A stretch of DNA of 34,147 bases from an uncultured Gammaproteobacteria bacterium (GCA_963773065.1 CAVYZN010000010.1:1-34147), one strand, 5' to 3'; shown: positions 1-11,403, counted from the first letter of the stretch. The notes: generated by a model not told the origin, from the sequence alone. Made by a program: numbers and translations.

Positions 1-71
1 GAGTCCGATTCCGGCAGTCGCGGAACCGGCCGTGTCCCGTTAGGCTGTCTGATTGAGACAGTCATGGACAT
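1..71 (-). CDS. Probable 5' end of a DUF692/MNIO (BufB-like) gene, running off the window edge
   Basis: ATG at 71, just after the DUF2282 stop. Reads MSMTVSIRQPNGTRPV and then, after a 1-nt shift, ATAGIGL, resembling the G-I-G-L-R start of DUF692 proteins. Position matches DUF2282-DUF692 operons. Confidence 0.5.
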   Translation of the reverse strand, partial: MSMTVSIRQPNGTRPVPRLPESD

Positions 72-74
72 GCC

Positions 75-341
75 TTAGCCCTTGGGCTTCAGGCTGCCGC
101 CCACAATCTTCTCGCAGGTGCCTTGCGGCAGGTAGACCCAGGACATGGCATCGCCATCGGCCTTGTTCTGGCCCGCACAGGCATGGGAGCTCGTCTGACA
201 GTCGTTCTTGCCGGCCTTGACGATGCCGTAACACTTCTCCGGCTTTTTCTCCTCCGCCATGGCGGTGCCCGCGACACCCAGGGCGTTGAGTGCAAACAAA
301 CCCGCGATCGCGGCGCTGATAATTGCATTACCGTCTTTCAT
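75..341 (-). CDS. DUF2282 family secreted peptide (bufferin BufA1-like precursor)
   Basis: Signal peptide followed by [37 protein letters not shown] with 4 Cys. GGAGG RBS before ATG 341. Confidence 0.88.
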   Translation of the reverse strand: MKDGNAIISAAIAGLFALNALGVAGTAMAEEKKPEKCYGIVKAGKNDCQTSSHACAGQNKADGDAMSWVYLPQGTCEKIVGGSLKPKG

Positions 342-811
342 TGCAACTTCCTCCATATTGGGTTGGTGTAATGGAGCACGATGGCTCCCGCCCTAGGTGT
401 CTGCATCGCCCGTGCCAGACTTCGCGTCCAATAAATAAACGTGTGGGTACAGCGTGTTATCTGAAGGTCACGAAAAGCGGAGAGCGCGCGGGCATGACGC
501 AGTCACCACTATTGGCGGATTGCCCGCGAAAGGCCACGGGTGGACGGTGGGGGGAAACAGGCCATCCCCATTTTCCTCAGGTCATGCTGACAGGCTTGTC
601 ATGATGTCAGCAGCCGATTTTACGGCGGCGTAGGAAAACAGGGACTTAGGGTATGTCAGGGTGGAACGCAATTTGCCGACAACTACCGTCTTATAGTCAT
701 AGCGGACTTGCCAGTCGTCATTGATCGCGCCAGAGGCCGCTCTGGATAACCGAGCTGACGCGAGTCTGCCGGCAGTCCTTTGGGTATCGACGGGTGTGAT
801 CAGCTTTCGCC

Positions 812-1792
812 ATGCGAATGCGTAGTGACTTGCTGGCGATTCTTGCAGACGGTCAGTTCCATTCCGGTGAAGCATTGGGTCTGACGCTCGGCGTGAGTCG
901 CATGGCGGTGTGGAAGCATATGCGGTCGCTGCGTGAGTGCGGCGTTCCACTGGAGGTGGCGCGCGGTCAGGGGTACCGCTTGCCGGCCTGTGTTGAACTG
1001 CTCGATGCGAAAGCCATACTGGACGGGCTTGATTCCGGGACCCGCGAGCAGTTGGCGGGTGTTGATGTTTTCCTGGAAATTGACTCCACCAATACCTGGT
1101 TGCGGCAGAAGGCGCTGGATGGCGCACCCACCGGCAGTGTCTGCGTTGCCGAGATGCAAAGCGCCGGGCGCGGGCGGCGCAACCGCCGCTGGGTCTCACC
1201 CTTTGCGGCCAGCCTGTACCTTTCGCTGTTGTGGCGATCGGCAACCGGTGCGGCGGATCTTGGCGGACTCAGCCTCGCGGCCGGGGTGGCCATCGTGCGC
1301 AGTCTCAGGACGTTTGGCATCGACACGGCGGGACTGAAGTGGCCGAATGACGTGCTCGTTGATGGCGCCAAGCTGGCGGGGATATTGATTGATGTAATCG
1401 GCGAATCGACGGGGCCGTGTTCCGTGATCATCGGCATCGGCATCAATGTGGCCATGCCGGAGTCGGCCGCCGCGGAGATAGACCAGGACTGGACCGACCT
1501 TAGTTCCCTGACGGGCCAGAAGCGGATTTCCCGCAACCGGCTCGCCGCGTCCGTCCTGGGCTGCATGATTGCGGCGCTCGAGGCATTCGAGCGGGCGGGT
1601 TTGCATCCCTTCCTGGATGAATGGCGCCGGTACGATATCATTCACGGCCGCCAGGTCAATCTGCGGTTGCCCAACGAGGTCATCAAGGGCCGGGCCTGCG
1701 GCATTGATTCCGGGGGGGCATTGCTGGTTGACACGGCGGCGGGACGCCGGCGTTTTGCATCCGGCGAAGTCAGTCTGAGAGTCGCCCCATGA
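812..1792 (+). CDS. birA: Bifunctional biotin--[acetyl-CoA-carboxylase] ligase / biotin operon repressor
   Basis: N-terminal HTH (LADGQFHSGEALG..VSRMAVWKH), DSTN, GRGRR, KWPND and KLAGIL motifs, C-terminal SGEVSLR. Confidence 0.96.
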   Translation: MRMRSDLLAILADGQFHSGEALGLTLGVSRMAVWKHMRSLRECGVPLEVARGQGYRLPACVELLDAKAILDGLDSGTREQLAGVDVFLEIDSTNTWLRQKALDGAPTGSVCVAEMQSAGRGRRNRRWVSPFAASLYLSLLWRSATGAADLGGLSLAAGVAIVRSLRTFGIDTAGLKWPNDVLVDGAKLAGILIDVIGESTGPCSVIIGIGINVAMPESAAAEIDQDWTDLSSLTGQKRISRNRLAASVLGCMIAALEAFERAGLHPFLDEWRRYDIIHGRQVNLRLPNEVIKGRACGIDSGGALLVDTAAGRRRFASGEVSLRVAP

Positions 1793-2546
1793 TGCTGTTT
1801 GATGTGGGCAACTCGTCCGTCAAATGGGCGATTGAGCGGCATGGCGCGCTGGAAGGCGGCGGCCGGTTTTTTCACGATGATGAAGGTTTCTCCCGCTCGG
1901 CCAGCCGAGCCTGGAATGGTCTGCCCGCGCCGCGGGTCCTCGCGGTTGCCAACGTCGCCGGCGCCGGCATGGAACGCGAGATTACCGAGTGGGCTGCAAA
2001 TAGCTGGAACACGACACCGTGTTATGTCCGTGTCGCGAAACAGGCGGCGGGCGTGACAAACGCCTATTCGGAACCCGGCGCCCTGGGCGTCGACCGCTGG
2101 GCCGCGATCGTAGCGGCACACCACGCCACCGGGCGCCGGTGTGTGTCATCGACTGCGGCACGGCCATTACCATCGATGTCGTGGATGCCGCCGGCATCCA
2201 TCAGGGCGGTCTGATAGCACCGGGCCTGGACATGATGCGGCGTTCACTTGCGCAGGACACTGCGGCCATCGGGGCGCTGTCGGGTAAGGCGGACGAGACG
2301 CAATCCCTCCTGGGCAGGAGCACGATTGACGGCGTCAACTGCGGGGTGATGCGCATGGCCAGTGCGCTGATTGACTGGGTAGCGGGTGAAGTTGCCGCCG
2401 GATACGGCGGGAAACTCGAGGCCGTGATTACCGGCGGCGACGCGGAACGGCTACTGCCATTACTGCGCCGGGCGTTGCATCACGACCCCGACCTTGTTTT
2501 GAAGGGAGTCGCTATACTCGCCAGGGAGATGCTATGCGGCATGTGA
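1789..2546 (+). CDS. coaX: Type III pantothenate kinase (frameshift near 2140, probably a sequencing indel)
   Basis: DVGNSSVKW and LGVDRW in ORF 1789..2214; VIDCGTAITID, GGLIAPG, TGGDA and LVLKG in ORF 2019..2546. Canonical position after birA. Confidence 0.9.
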
Positions 2547-3046
2547 TCTATATACTGGTCGTGGTGAACCTCGGTTATTTTGCCTGGAATTGGCTGCAGA
2601 ACGTAACGGAAAAAGAAGTCGCGGGTATTCCCAGTCATTGGCCGTCGCGTGTTCGGCGCCTGGAGACGCTCCAGGAAATGTCGGCGAAGAGAGTTTCCTC
2701 TGCTGCGGATGATAGCCACGGTATTAGCATTGACAACACTCCGGTCGCAACCTTGTCCAGGCAAGACGTTGAGCCACAGGGCGCCGCGGAAATCACCCAG
2801 GTCGAAGCGCAGACCGAATCGGAACCGCCCGGTGCGGTTAGTCCGTCGCGCTGTCACGTGCTTGGCGCCTTTTTGAGTGCCTCGAATACGAAGGATGTTG
2901 AAAAACGCCTGAACGAACTCGGCTACCAACCCAGGGAACGCACGAGCGATGTCCAGGAAGAGATCGGCTACGGGGTCTATCTGCCGGCCATGGAGCGCGA
3001 CGAGGCCGTGCGGATTACACACCTGTCAGTCAATTGCAGCGGGTAG
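2534..3046 (+). CDS. Membrane-anchored SPOR-like protein typical of the coaX downstream position, possibly C-terminally shortened
   Basis: N-terminal TM (YILVVVNLGYFAW), C..LGAF and YGVYLP motifs; synteny birA-coaX-SPOR-tRNA. Confidence 0.6.
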   Translation: MRHVIYILVVVNLGYFAWNWLQNVTEKEVAGIPSHWPSRVRRLETLQEMSAKRVSSAADDSHGISIDNTPVATLSRQDVEPQGAAEITQVEAQTESEPPGAVSPSRCHVLGAFLSASNTKDVEKRLNELGYQPRERTSDVQEEIGYGVYLPAMERDEAVRITHLSVNCSG

Positions 3047-3086
3047 GGTGTTTGATTAGAATAGCCGGCCTGTTCGGATTCCAGAT

Positions 3087-3162
3087 GCTGGCGTAGCTCA
3101 GTTGGTAGAGCAGCTGATTTGTAATCAGCCGGTCGGGGGTTCAAATCCCTTCGCCAGCTCCA
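3087..3162 (+). tRNA. tRNA-Thr(TGT)
   Basis: GCTGGCG acceptor stem, TAGCTCAGTTGGTAGAGC D-arm, anticodon arm GCTGA-TTTGTAA-TCAGC, GGTTCAAATCC T-arm, encoded CCA. Confidence 0.97.
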
Positions 3163-3324
3163 TTAAATCAGAACGTTATAATATCCTTGCAGTGACCGGG
3201 CATGTTGCGAAGACATGATCTTTGTTGCAGGGTTACTTCGATTATTTTCACTCGCCATTAAATGTTTCACATTACGCGGCTGGGTAAGGCGCGACCTTCG
3301 GCCGCAGGTTCCTGATTAGGTGTT

Positions 3325-3333
3325 TGCTATAAT
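3325..3333 (+). promoter_or_regulatory. Extended -10 sigma70 element (TGnTATAAT)
   Basis: TGCTATAAT about 155 nt upstream of the glycine-zipper gene ATG. Confidence 0.5.
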
Positions 3334-3487
3334 TTAACATGTGCACTCGTCTATCACGGGAACGGCAGCAGGGCTGACTTCATGCACTAAGTGAGGCCAC
3401 CGCAGCCAGAAGGGAAGGGGGCGAGCGCAAGTGAGGGACGCCTGTTTCCCCGCACAGACGAGGTATTAATCACCGCAGGAGATCAGG

Positions 3488-4039
3488 ATGGACAAGTCAA
3501 TGCTAACCGGGCTCGTGATCGGCGCTGTCGTGGCCACCGCCGGCGGTTCTATCGCAGGCTACAACCTGCTTAGCAAAAAGGAACCTGCATATGCCGAGGT
3601 GCTCGGTGTCGACGAGATCAGGGAAACCGTAGAGACACCGCGGGAAGTCTGTGAGGATGTGCCTGTCACCCAGCAGAAGCCGGTACAGGACCAGCACCGG
3701 ATCGCGGGTACCGTAGCCGGTGCGGTGATAGGTGGCGTACTGGGCCATCAGATTGGTAGCGGCAAAGGCAAGAAGATAGCCACTCTCGCCGGTGCCGCGG
3801 CCGGGGGCTATGCCGGCAACAAGGTGCAGGAAAACATACAGGCCAACGACACCTACACCACAACAGAACGCAGTTGCCACACCGTCACCGATTCCCATGA
3901 AAATGTGATCGGCTACGACGTCAGCTACCGCCTCGGCGATGAGGAAGGCAAGGTGCGCATGGACCACAAACCGGGTGACCGCATTGCGGTGGAAAACGGC
4001 CAGCTTGTGCTGGGCGCCTCTGTCGCTCCCGCACCGTAA
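3488..4039 (+). CDS. Glycine zipper 2TM domain protein (YcfJ-like)
   Basis: REVCEDV..RIAGTVAGAVIGGVLGHQIGSGKGKKIATLAGAAAGGYAGN..ERSC..GYDVSYRL..RMDHKPG. AGGAG RBS. Confidence 0.88.
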   Translation: MDKSMLTGLVIGAVVATAGGSIAGYNLLSKKEPAYAEVLGVDEIRETVETPREVCEDVPVTQQKPVQDQHRIAGTVAGAVIGGVLGHQIGSGKGKKIATLAGAAAGGYAGNKVQENIQANDTYTTTERSCHTVTDSHENVIGYDVSYRLGDEEGKVRMDHKPGDRIAVENGQLVLGASVAPAP

Positions 4040-4217
4040 GACACTACCAGCGCCTATGGCCGATCCGCGGGAGGGGTTTCTCTATGACGCGAATAAATAC
4101 GGCGGCCAGAGCCGCCGTATTTGTTTTTACCCGTCTGTATCCGGGAAACTCGATCGGGTCGTGTGCCAACTGAGTGAGCCACGGCGCTTATCACGCATCA
4201 GCTTGACTGCGGCATGA

Positions 4218-5654
4218 TCAGCTCGGGTTCGAGTCCCTGTAGCGTGAGGTGTTGAATTTTCGCTCAAATATTTTATAGATTTCGGCAACGGTTCTTGGCT
4301 TGCTCAGTTTCGGTTGAAAGATACCTTGATTGTTCTTCGCCGCTTGCGGGAAGACATCGCCCGCTATTTTGTCGGGATGCTCGTCGAGAGTTTTCAAAAA
4401 GGAAATCGCGCCTGCGGGACCAAAGAAGTGGGATAAATAAAGGTCGGTATGTCCGGGCTTACGGTCAAGTGAATACGAGAGCCGCTTCATGTTGTATTTG
4501 ACGTACTCCGCCGCCAGCAGGGCCGATATTCTCGGATTATGGCGAAGAGCAAGGACATGCCGATAAATGGCCGGATCACGAATCGTGGGCCGCGTATTAC
4601 CCGTATCATCTATATTATTTTCCACCTGTGATGCATAGCTTCCGATCCCGTACTTTTCTCCGTAGGTCTTGACAGTCTCAAGCCAGGTATCATCCTTGAA
4701 CTGATAAAGTCCTGCAGCGAAAGTCTTCGGTGCCTTTTTTGTCGGGTCGAAGGAACTCTCGATTGACGCGAGTTCCATGAGGAAGGAAAAGTCGACGCCG
4801 GTACGCATACTGCCTAGCCGAATTGCCGCCAGTATTCCGCTGTCGATACCGAATTTCTTCTCATCCTGCCGGGCCTGGTTGGCGTATTTCATTACGGTGG
4901 CAATCAGTTGATTCCCGTCCGGCGCTTTCTGTTTGCCCGCCGCGGGAAGATACAATAACCTGAACTCATTCAATGCCTGTACCGTACGCGTACCCGTAAT
5001 CCCCTTCACATGATCCTCGCCCAGATCGAAGCCCAGGGCCAGCAGGTTACTTGTATTTCTTTCACATGCGGATAGGCATCGGGCATCCCGGTGGTTCTTG
5101 CCGCCTGTGCCGCATTTAAGAGCAGCGGCGGCCCGAATTTTCCATAAGCCGGCCGCTTCCCTGGGTTGGGAACGTGCGCGGAAGGTCTTGTTTGGCGTGA
5201 CTGCTGATGGGGGTTCTTTTCCCGTATTCAACCCGATCTTGCCGATCTGAATCGCGCCTGTCACGGGCGCCTCGTCCCTGGATGAATCCCCTGTCAGTGG
5301 TTCCAGATTCTCCAGCATGACTACGTTCTGATCGTTGAAGTGACGTCCCATGGAGACTTCCAGATCCTGGCCCCGTCCGGCCAGTTCCTGTATGGTCCTG
5401 CTCACTCCAGCCAGAACCTGAATATTGTCCTGGATACCCCAGATCGTTGTGGCGTTTGTCGACATGACCAGGAGAAACGTAATGCCGGCGGCCAGCATCG
5501 CCTGGCTTGATTGTCGGCTGTATTTGTTATCAGCCTGCACTTGGTGCAGTGTATCCCGCTGGTTGAGCAGGGCGCCGACGCAGGACTCTGGTTGCAGGTG
5601 CTCATAACCCGCGGCAGACAGCTCTGTTTCAGAGCCGCGGCCCGGGTAAGGCAT
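4218..5654 (-). CDS. Lytic transglycosylase-like (SLT/lysozyme fold) protein with a degenerate peptidoglycan-binding segment
   Basis: GVDFSFLMELASIESSFDP (catalytic Glu), AAGLYQF..TWL and LYLSHFFGP motifs. LLALGFDLG..GITGTRTVQALNEF resembles PG_binding_1. Start codon uncertain. Confidence 0.75.
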   Translation of the reverse strand: MPYPGRGSETELSAAGYEHLQPESCVGALLNQRDTLHQVQADNKYSRQSSQAMLAAGITFLLVMSTNATTIWGIQDNIQVLAGVSRTIQELAGRGQDLEVSMGRHFNDQNVVMLENLEPLTGDSSRDEAPVTGAIQIGKIGLNTGKEPPSAVTPNKTFRARSQPREAAGLWKIRAAAALKCGTGGKNHRDARCLSACERNTSNLLALGFDLGEDHVKGITGTRTVQALNEFRLLYLPAAGKQKAPDGNQLIATVMKYANQARQDEKKFGIDSGILAAIRLGSMRTGVDFSFLMELASIESSFDPTKKAPKTFAAGLYQFKDDTWLETVKTYGEKYGIGSYASQVENNIDDTGNTRPTIRDPAIYRHVLALRHNPRISALLAAEYVKYNMKRLSYSLDRKPGHTDLYLSHFFGPAGAISFLKTLDEHPDKIAGDVFPQAAKNNQGIFQPKLSKPRTVAEIYKIFERKFNTSRYRDSNPS

Positions 5655-6231
5655 ACCGTTGTGATGCGTGTAATGCCTTCTGGCTGTAAAGTTTACTCGT
5701 GTGCAAGGTCCCGGCCCTCATAAGCTGCTTCAGGTGTAGCTGAGGCTATTAAACCGATTCGCCCTCCCTGCCCCGATATCCCGATCCCGTTCATGCCCGA
5801 CCACCGTTGTCCATTCACCGCCTTGCCACCTGGTGACCGTCCTTCTGCGATCAACGCTAATTGCGTCAAACAAAAATTATCTCAGGTATGAAACGCCTCA
5901 AAGAAGCGACTTACCGCGAGTGGCGTTAACAATCCTGCTGATTGCTCAGTGATACTGGCAGTCACATCAAGAGGCAGTCGATAACTTTCGGCATTTTGCC
6001 GCTGGCAGGAACTGGACAAGGTCCCCCTCCGGCCTTGATGGCCTTAATCGATAATGCCCGACTGGCGTATCCGTCCTGCGGCTTAGCAAGGATTCCGTTC
6101 TGGCTAGCGGTTCAGCAACAGCGGATGCTTCACATACGTAGGCACCCGCCTCATGCGGTCTGTGGGCATGCCTGCGTTGTTTCCTACTCCCGCTCAGGGG
6201 TCAACTCCTGGCGGTGGTAAATCCAGTGAAC

Positions 6232-6609
6232 TCAGTTTTCCTGTGCGCCCTGGTCTATCCAGAGTTTTATGGTGTTGATTTCATCCGGTGTAAGCGGTTG
6301 TTTGCCATGCGGCATATTGATTGTGGGGTCGGCTTTTCCGGCAACGAGTATGTACAAGGTGCTGGACTCCGATGAACCCGGGACGATGACTGGACCAAAT
6401 TTTGTCCCTTTCATGATTGACGCATAGGAATCGAGCTGAAAACCGCTCTTGTTTGCACCATCCTTGTTTGGCATGTGACATTCAGCGCAATATTTATCCA
6501 TGATCGGTCTAACGTCTGCAGTGTAACTCAACTTTTTTTCCCCGCTGCATCCAATGGTTGCCAGAGCACTGGCCAGGATAAGGGGTAACAATCCATACCT
6601 GCTTGTCAT
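6232..6609 (-). CDS. Lipoprotein c-type cytochrome (Planctomycete cytochrome C-like domain)
   Basis: Lipobox-like TIGC, DVRPIMDKYCAECH heme motif, IVPG..ESS.L, MP distal ligand, WIDQGA. Confidence 0.82.
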   Translation of the reverse strand: MTSRYGLLPLILASALATIGCSGEKKLSYTADVRPIMDKYCAECHMPNKDGANKSGFQLDSYASIMKGTKFGPVIVPGSSESSTLYILVAGKADPTINMPHGKQPLTPDEINTIKLWIDQGAQEN

Positions 6610-6880
6610 CTTTAACTCCCCCGGATCTGGTAGATAATGCAGGATCCATATTTTTAGATAGGCTACACCTTCAGATGTATGACTTCATTGATCTCAATCA
6701 ATGTTCATCCTACCTCAATCCTTGCTCGTAATAAATCATGGAAAGTTCGATTATTCACATCGAACCGTTACGGCGCCACGCTCACCAACAAAAACGTTCT
6801 GATCTGAAAGTAAAAATCCTGGTGTCTCGAAGTCGTGCATTTTCCATGGCGAGTCTGCTCTATTCGACCATGGCGAGTCT

Positions 6881-6943
6881 AAGACCGAACGCTATGCCTA
6901 CCTGATGCCGGAAAATCTCCGTGGCGCCGTTGAACTGCTGTAG
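6881..6943 (+). pseudogene. Tyrosine recombinase/integrase C-terminal relic
   Basis: Translates KTERYAYLMPENLRGAVELL*, resembling the TxRYAHLxPExLRxAV tail around the catalytic Tyr. Lies 70 nt from the tRNA-Pro 3' end. Confidence 0.6.
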
Positions 6944-7013
6944 GGTGTTTCGCGATCGAGTTGCATTGCAGAATCAGGATCGAGAAACGGACGGGATTCG
7001 TTTCTGATTTGAT

Positions 7014-7090
7014 TGGTCGGGGTGAGAGGATTTGAACCTCCGACCCCTGCCTCCCGAAGGCAGTGCTCTACCAGACTGAGCTACACCCCG
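7014..7090 (-). tRNA. tRNA-Pro(CGG)
   Basis: CGGGGTGTAGCTCAGTCTGGTAGAGCACTGCCTTCGGGAGGCAGGGGTCGGAGGTTCAAATCCTCTCACCCCGACCA; anticodon loop TTCGGGA. Starts 1 nt after the ispB stop. Confidence 0.97.
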
Positions 7091-7091
7091 A

Positions 7092-8093
7092 TTAATACGT
7101 GCGATTGACGGAAAATTCCGCGAGGCTGTACAGGGCCTCTTTGTAGGTGGATGCCGGTAACGCATCCAGTGCCGCAATGGCCTGGTCGGCTTCCCGTTGC
7201 GCGGCCTGTGCAGTGTACGGGATGCTTCCGGTTGATTCAATGGCGGCGAGTACGGCTGATATGTTTTCATGACCGCCGTTCTCGATGGCCTTGCGGATGA
7301 GTTGCGCCTCGCCCGGCGTACCCTTGCGCATGGCGCGAAGCAGGGGCAGGGTCGGCTTGCCCTCGGCCAGGTCGTCCCCGAGGTTTTTGCCGGTATCCCC
7401 GGGCGAGGCGCTGTAGTCCAGGACATCGTCGATCAACTGGAAGGCGATGCCGAGGTGCAGTCCGTAGCTGGCCAGCGCGGTTTCAACCGCATCCGGCTGC
7501 CCGCCCAGGATCGCGCCGATCTGCGCGGCGGCCTCGAACAGCTTGGCGGTCTTGCGGCTGATCACTTCCATGTAGCGCGCCTCGGTCGTCTCCGCATCGT
7601 GGCAGTTAAGCAATTGCAGCACTTCCCCCTCGGCAATGGTATTGGTCGTATGCGACATGATTTCCATGATGCGCATATTGTTGGCCTCGACCATCATCTC
7701 AAAGGCGCGCGAATAGAGAAAATCACCGACCAGGACACTGGCCTCGTTGCCCCAAACGGCATTGGCGGTCATGTTGCCGCGTCGCAATTGCGAGGCATCG
7801 ACCACATCATCATGCAACAGCGTAGCGGTATGGATGAACTCGATCACCGCGGCCAGGTTGATATGCTGGTCGCCCTGGTAGTGGCAGGCGCGGGCGGAAA
7901 GCAGTACCAGCAGGGGGCGCAGACGCTTGCCGCCACTGTTGATGATGTAATTTGAAAGCTGGTTGATCATGGCCACATTGCTGTACAGGCGCGATCTGAT
8001 CAAAATGTCCACTGTCGCCACGTCGTCGGATACGAGCGCACGTAGCGCATCGACGCTAATCATAACCTGCTGATTGGAGATAACTTCCTGCAT
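7092..8093 (-). CDS. ispB: Octaprenyl-diphosphate synthase
   Basis: GGKRLRP, LLHDDVVD..RRG, FQLIDDVLD and GKNLGDDLAEGKPTLP motifs; divergent from rplU. True start may be slightly downstream of 8093. Confidence 0.95.
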   Translation of the reverse strand: MQEVISNQQVMISVDALRALVSDDVATVDILIRSRLYSNVAMINQLSNYIINSGGKRLRPLLVLLSARACHYQGDQHINLAAVIEFIHTATLLHDDVVDASQLRRGNMTANAVWGNEASVLVGDFLYSRAFEMMVEANNMRIMEIMSHTTNTIAEGEVLQLLNCHDAETTEARYMEVISRKTAKLFEAAAQIGAILGGQPDAVETALASYGLHLGIAFQLIDDVLDYSASPGDTGKNLGDDLAEGKPTLPLLRAMRKGTPGEAQLIRKAIENGGHENISAVLAAIESTGSIPYTAQAAQREADQAIAALDALPASTYKEALYSLAEFSVNRTY

Positions 8094-8269
8094 TCCTGTG
8101 TCGATATGTCCGGATTCGGCCGCCGACTCGCCGGATACCTGACGGACTCGCTAGTCTAACGATGTTAAACGCCATGTACCAGAAGGTATTTGATTGACCT
8201 TAAAGAGAGCAATCATTAAAATGAGCGGCCTTTTTCAGGATTCTGTGTAGTGTACCTGGAGTGTCCGAC

Positions 8270-8578
8270 ATGTATGCGGTGATCAAAACCGGTGGTAAGC
8301 AGTACCGCGTCTCGCAAGGAGATACCTTGAGGATTGAGAAACTGGAAGCCGGTGAAGGTGAATCCGTCGAGTTCGAGCAGGTGCTGATGGTGGGCGAGGG
8401 TGACGATATCAAAATCGGCGCTCCTTACTTGGATGGCAGCCGTGTGGCCGCCAGGGTCAAAAGCCATGGCCGCGCCGACAAGGTTGAAATCATCAAGTTC
8501 AAACGCCGCAAGCATCACATGAAGCGGATGGGACATCGTCAGAGCTACACCGAAGTGGAGATCACGGGCATCTCGTGA
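8270..8578 (+). CDS. rplU: 50S ribosomal protein L21
   Basis: [30 protein letters not shown]. Confidence 0.98.
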   Translation: MYAVIKTGGKQYRVSQGDTLRIEKLEAGEGESVEFEQVLMVGEGDDIKIGAPYLDGSRVAARVKSHGRADKVEIIKFKRRKHHMKRMGHRQSYTEVEITGIS

Positions 8579-8605
8579 TGGACCGCGCGTTTAGAGGATT
8601 ATTCG

Positions 8606-8863
8606 ATGGCACATAAAAAGGCAGGCGGCAGTACCCGTAACGGTCGCGATTCCGCGTCGAAGCGGCTCGGCGTCAAATGTTTCGGTGGTGAGTCGGTGAT
8701 TGCCGGCAACATCATTATTCGTCAGCGGGGCACACGTTTTCACGCCGGCAGTAACGTCGGTTGCGGCAGGGACCATACCCTGTTCGCCAAGAGCGACGGT
8801 ACGGTGCGTTTTGTCCAGCGCGGCACCAAAAATCGCAAGTTCGTCGAAGTGGTTGCCGGCTGA
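8606..8863 (+). CDS. rpmA: 50S ribosomal protein L27
   Basis: [29 protein letters not shown]. Confidence 0.98.
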   Translation: MAHKKAGGSTRNGRDSASKRLGVKCFGGESVIAGNIIIRQRGTRFHAGSNVGCGRDHTLFAKSDGTVRFVQRGTKNRKFVEVVAG

Positions 8864-8887
8864 ACCCGAGGTCTGGCGTGATTGATC

Positions 8888-8918
8888 AACCCCGCCACCG
8901 CGCGGGGTTTTTCATTTT
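8888..8918 (+). terminator. Rho-independent terminator after rpmA
   Basis: AACCCCGC-CACCGC-GCGGGGTT hairpin followed by TTTCATTTT. Confidence 0.8.
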
Positions 8919-8924
8919 GAATAG

Positions 8925-10073
<1,149 letters not shown>

Positions 10074-10146
10074 AGTAGCCTGTTGAAACGCTCGATACAC
10101 GGCGGGTCCCCGCCGGCGCGGGACAGGGCGCGGATTTCTGGCGAAG

Positions 10147-11273
10147 ATGTCGAAACAATTGAATACCAGCGATTGCAAGCGCTGGGTCATCAAGATCGGC
10201 AGCGCTTTGCTGACGGAAAATGGTCGTGGCCTGGCGGTGGGCGCGCTCGACGGCTGGGTTGAACAGATCGTCGCCCTGCGCAAGGAGGGCCGTGAAATGC
10301 TGCTGGTCTCATCCGGTGCGGTGGCCGAGGGCATGACGCGGCTGGGGTGGACCCGTCGCCCGCACGCCCTGCACGAATTGCAGGCGGTGGCGGCCGTCGG
10401 CCAGATGGGGCTGATCCAGGCCTATGAATCGCGTTTCCAGCGATACGGCTTGCATACCGCGCAGGTGCTGCTTACCCACGATGACCTCGCCGACCGCCAG
10501 CGTTACCTGAATGCCCGCAGTACCTTGCGCACCCTGCTCAGGCTGGGCGTGGTGCCGGTCGTGAATGAAAACGACACCGTGGCAACCGAGGAAATTCGCT
10601 TCGGCGACAACGACACGCTGGCCGCGCTGGTGGCCAATCTGGTGGAGGCCGATCTGCTGGTTCTGCTGACGGATCAGGCCGGAATGTATGACAAAGACCC
10701 GCGCAAGGACGCAGGGGCTGCGCTGGTGACCGAGGCGCGGGCCGGCGACGCGGCGCTGGAATCCATGGCGGGCGATAGCGGCGGGATGCTGGGCGCGGCG
10801 GCATGCTGACCAAGGTGCGGGCGGCGGCGCGCGCGGCGCGTTCCGGGACGCTGACGGTGATCGCCTCGGGCAAGGAGGAAAATATCCTCCAGCGCCTGGC
10901 CTCGGGCGAGGCACTCGGCACCCGGCTGTTCCCGGCCAGCGTGCCGCTCGCCGCACGCAAGCAATGGCTCGCCGGGCAACTGCAGGTGCGCGGGTGCCTG
11001 ACGCTTGATGACGGCGCCATCACCGTGCTGCGGGCGGCGGGCAGGAGCCTGCTGCCGGTCGGTGTTACCGGGGTGGAAGGTGATTTCGATCGCGGGGATC
11101 TGGTGGTGTGTTACGCGCCTGGGGGTGAGGAGGCGGCCCGCGGTCTGGTGAATTACAGCGCCGAGGAATCACGCCGGATCATCGGGCATCCCAGCCACCG
11201 CATCGAGGAGATCCTGGGTTATGTCGATGAACCGGAACTGATACACCGCGACAACCTGGTCCTGATGGGATAG
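10147..11273 (+). CDS. proB: Glutamate 5-kinase with PUA domain (frameshift near 10795)
   Basis: VIKIGS, VSSGAVA and NENDTV..FGDNDTL in ORF 10147..10809; MLTKV..SLLPVGV..IHRDNLV in ORF 10803..11273. Confidence 0.93.
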
Positions 11274-11295
11274 GGTTAGTCCATAAACACCGTTT

Positions 11296-11373
11296 TCACC
11301 GCAGAGACGCAGAGAACGCAGAGAAATTGTTTTCGTAAAGAATTTCTTTGCGTCCTTTGCGTCTCTGCGGTGA
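11296..11373. repeat. Long palindrome of the GxxExxY-associated repeat family, gene-less copy
   Basis: TCACCGCAGAGACGCAGAGAACGCAGAGAAATT, 12-nt loop, AATTTCTTTGCGTCCTTTGCGTCTCTGCGGTGA. Confidence 0.85.
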
Positions 11374-11403
11374 GTTTATTTGTTATGGATGGACGCCAGG
11401 TAG

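Noticed and set aside
5700-6230. Long intergenic region or 92-aa ORF as an ncRNA or gene
   Set aside because: No recognisable RNA family, RBS or protein motif.
7014-7094. tRNA-Pro starting 1 nt after the ispB stop
   Set aside because: ispB-tRNA-Pro linkage is seen in other proteobacteria; tight but not novel.
10077-10090. AGCCTGTTGAAA resembling an IS/MITE end after obgE
   Set aside because: No partner inverted repeat or target duplication found.
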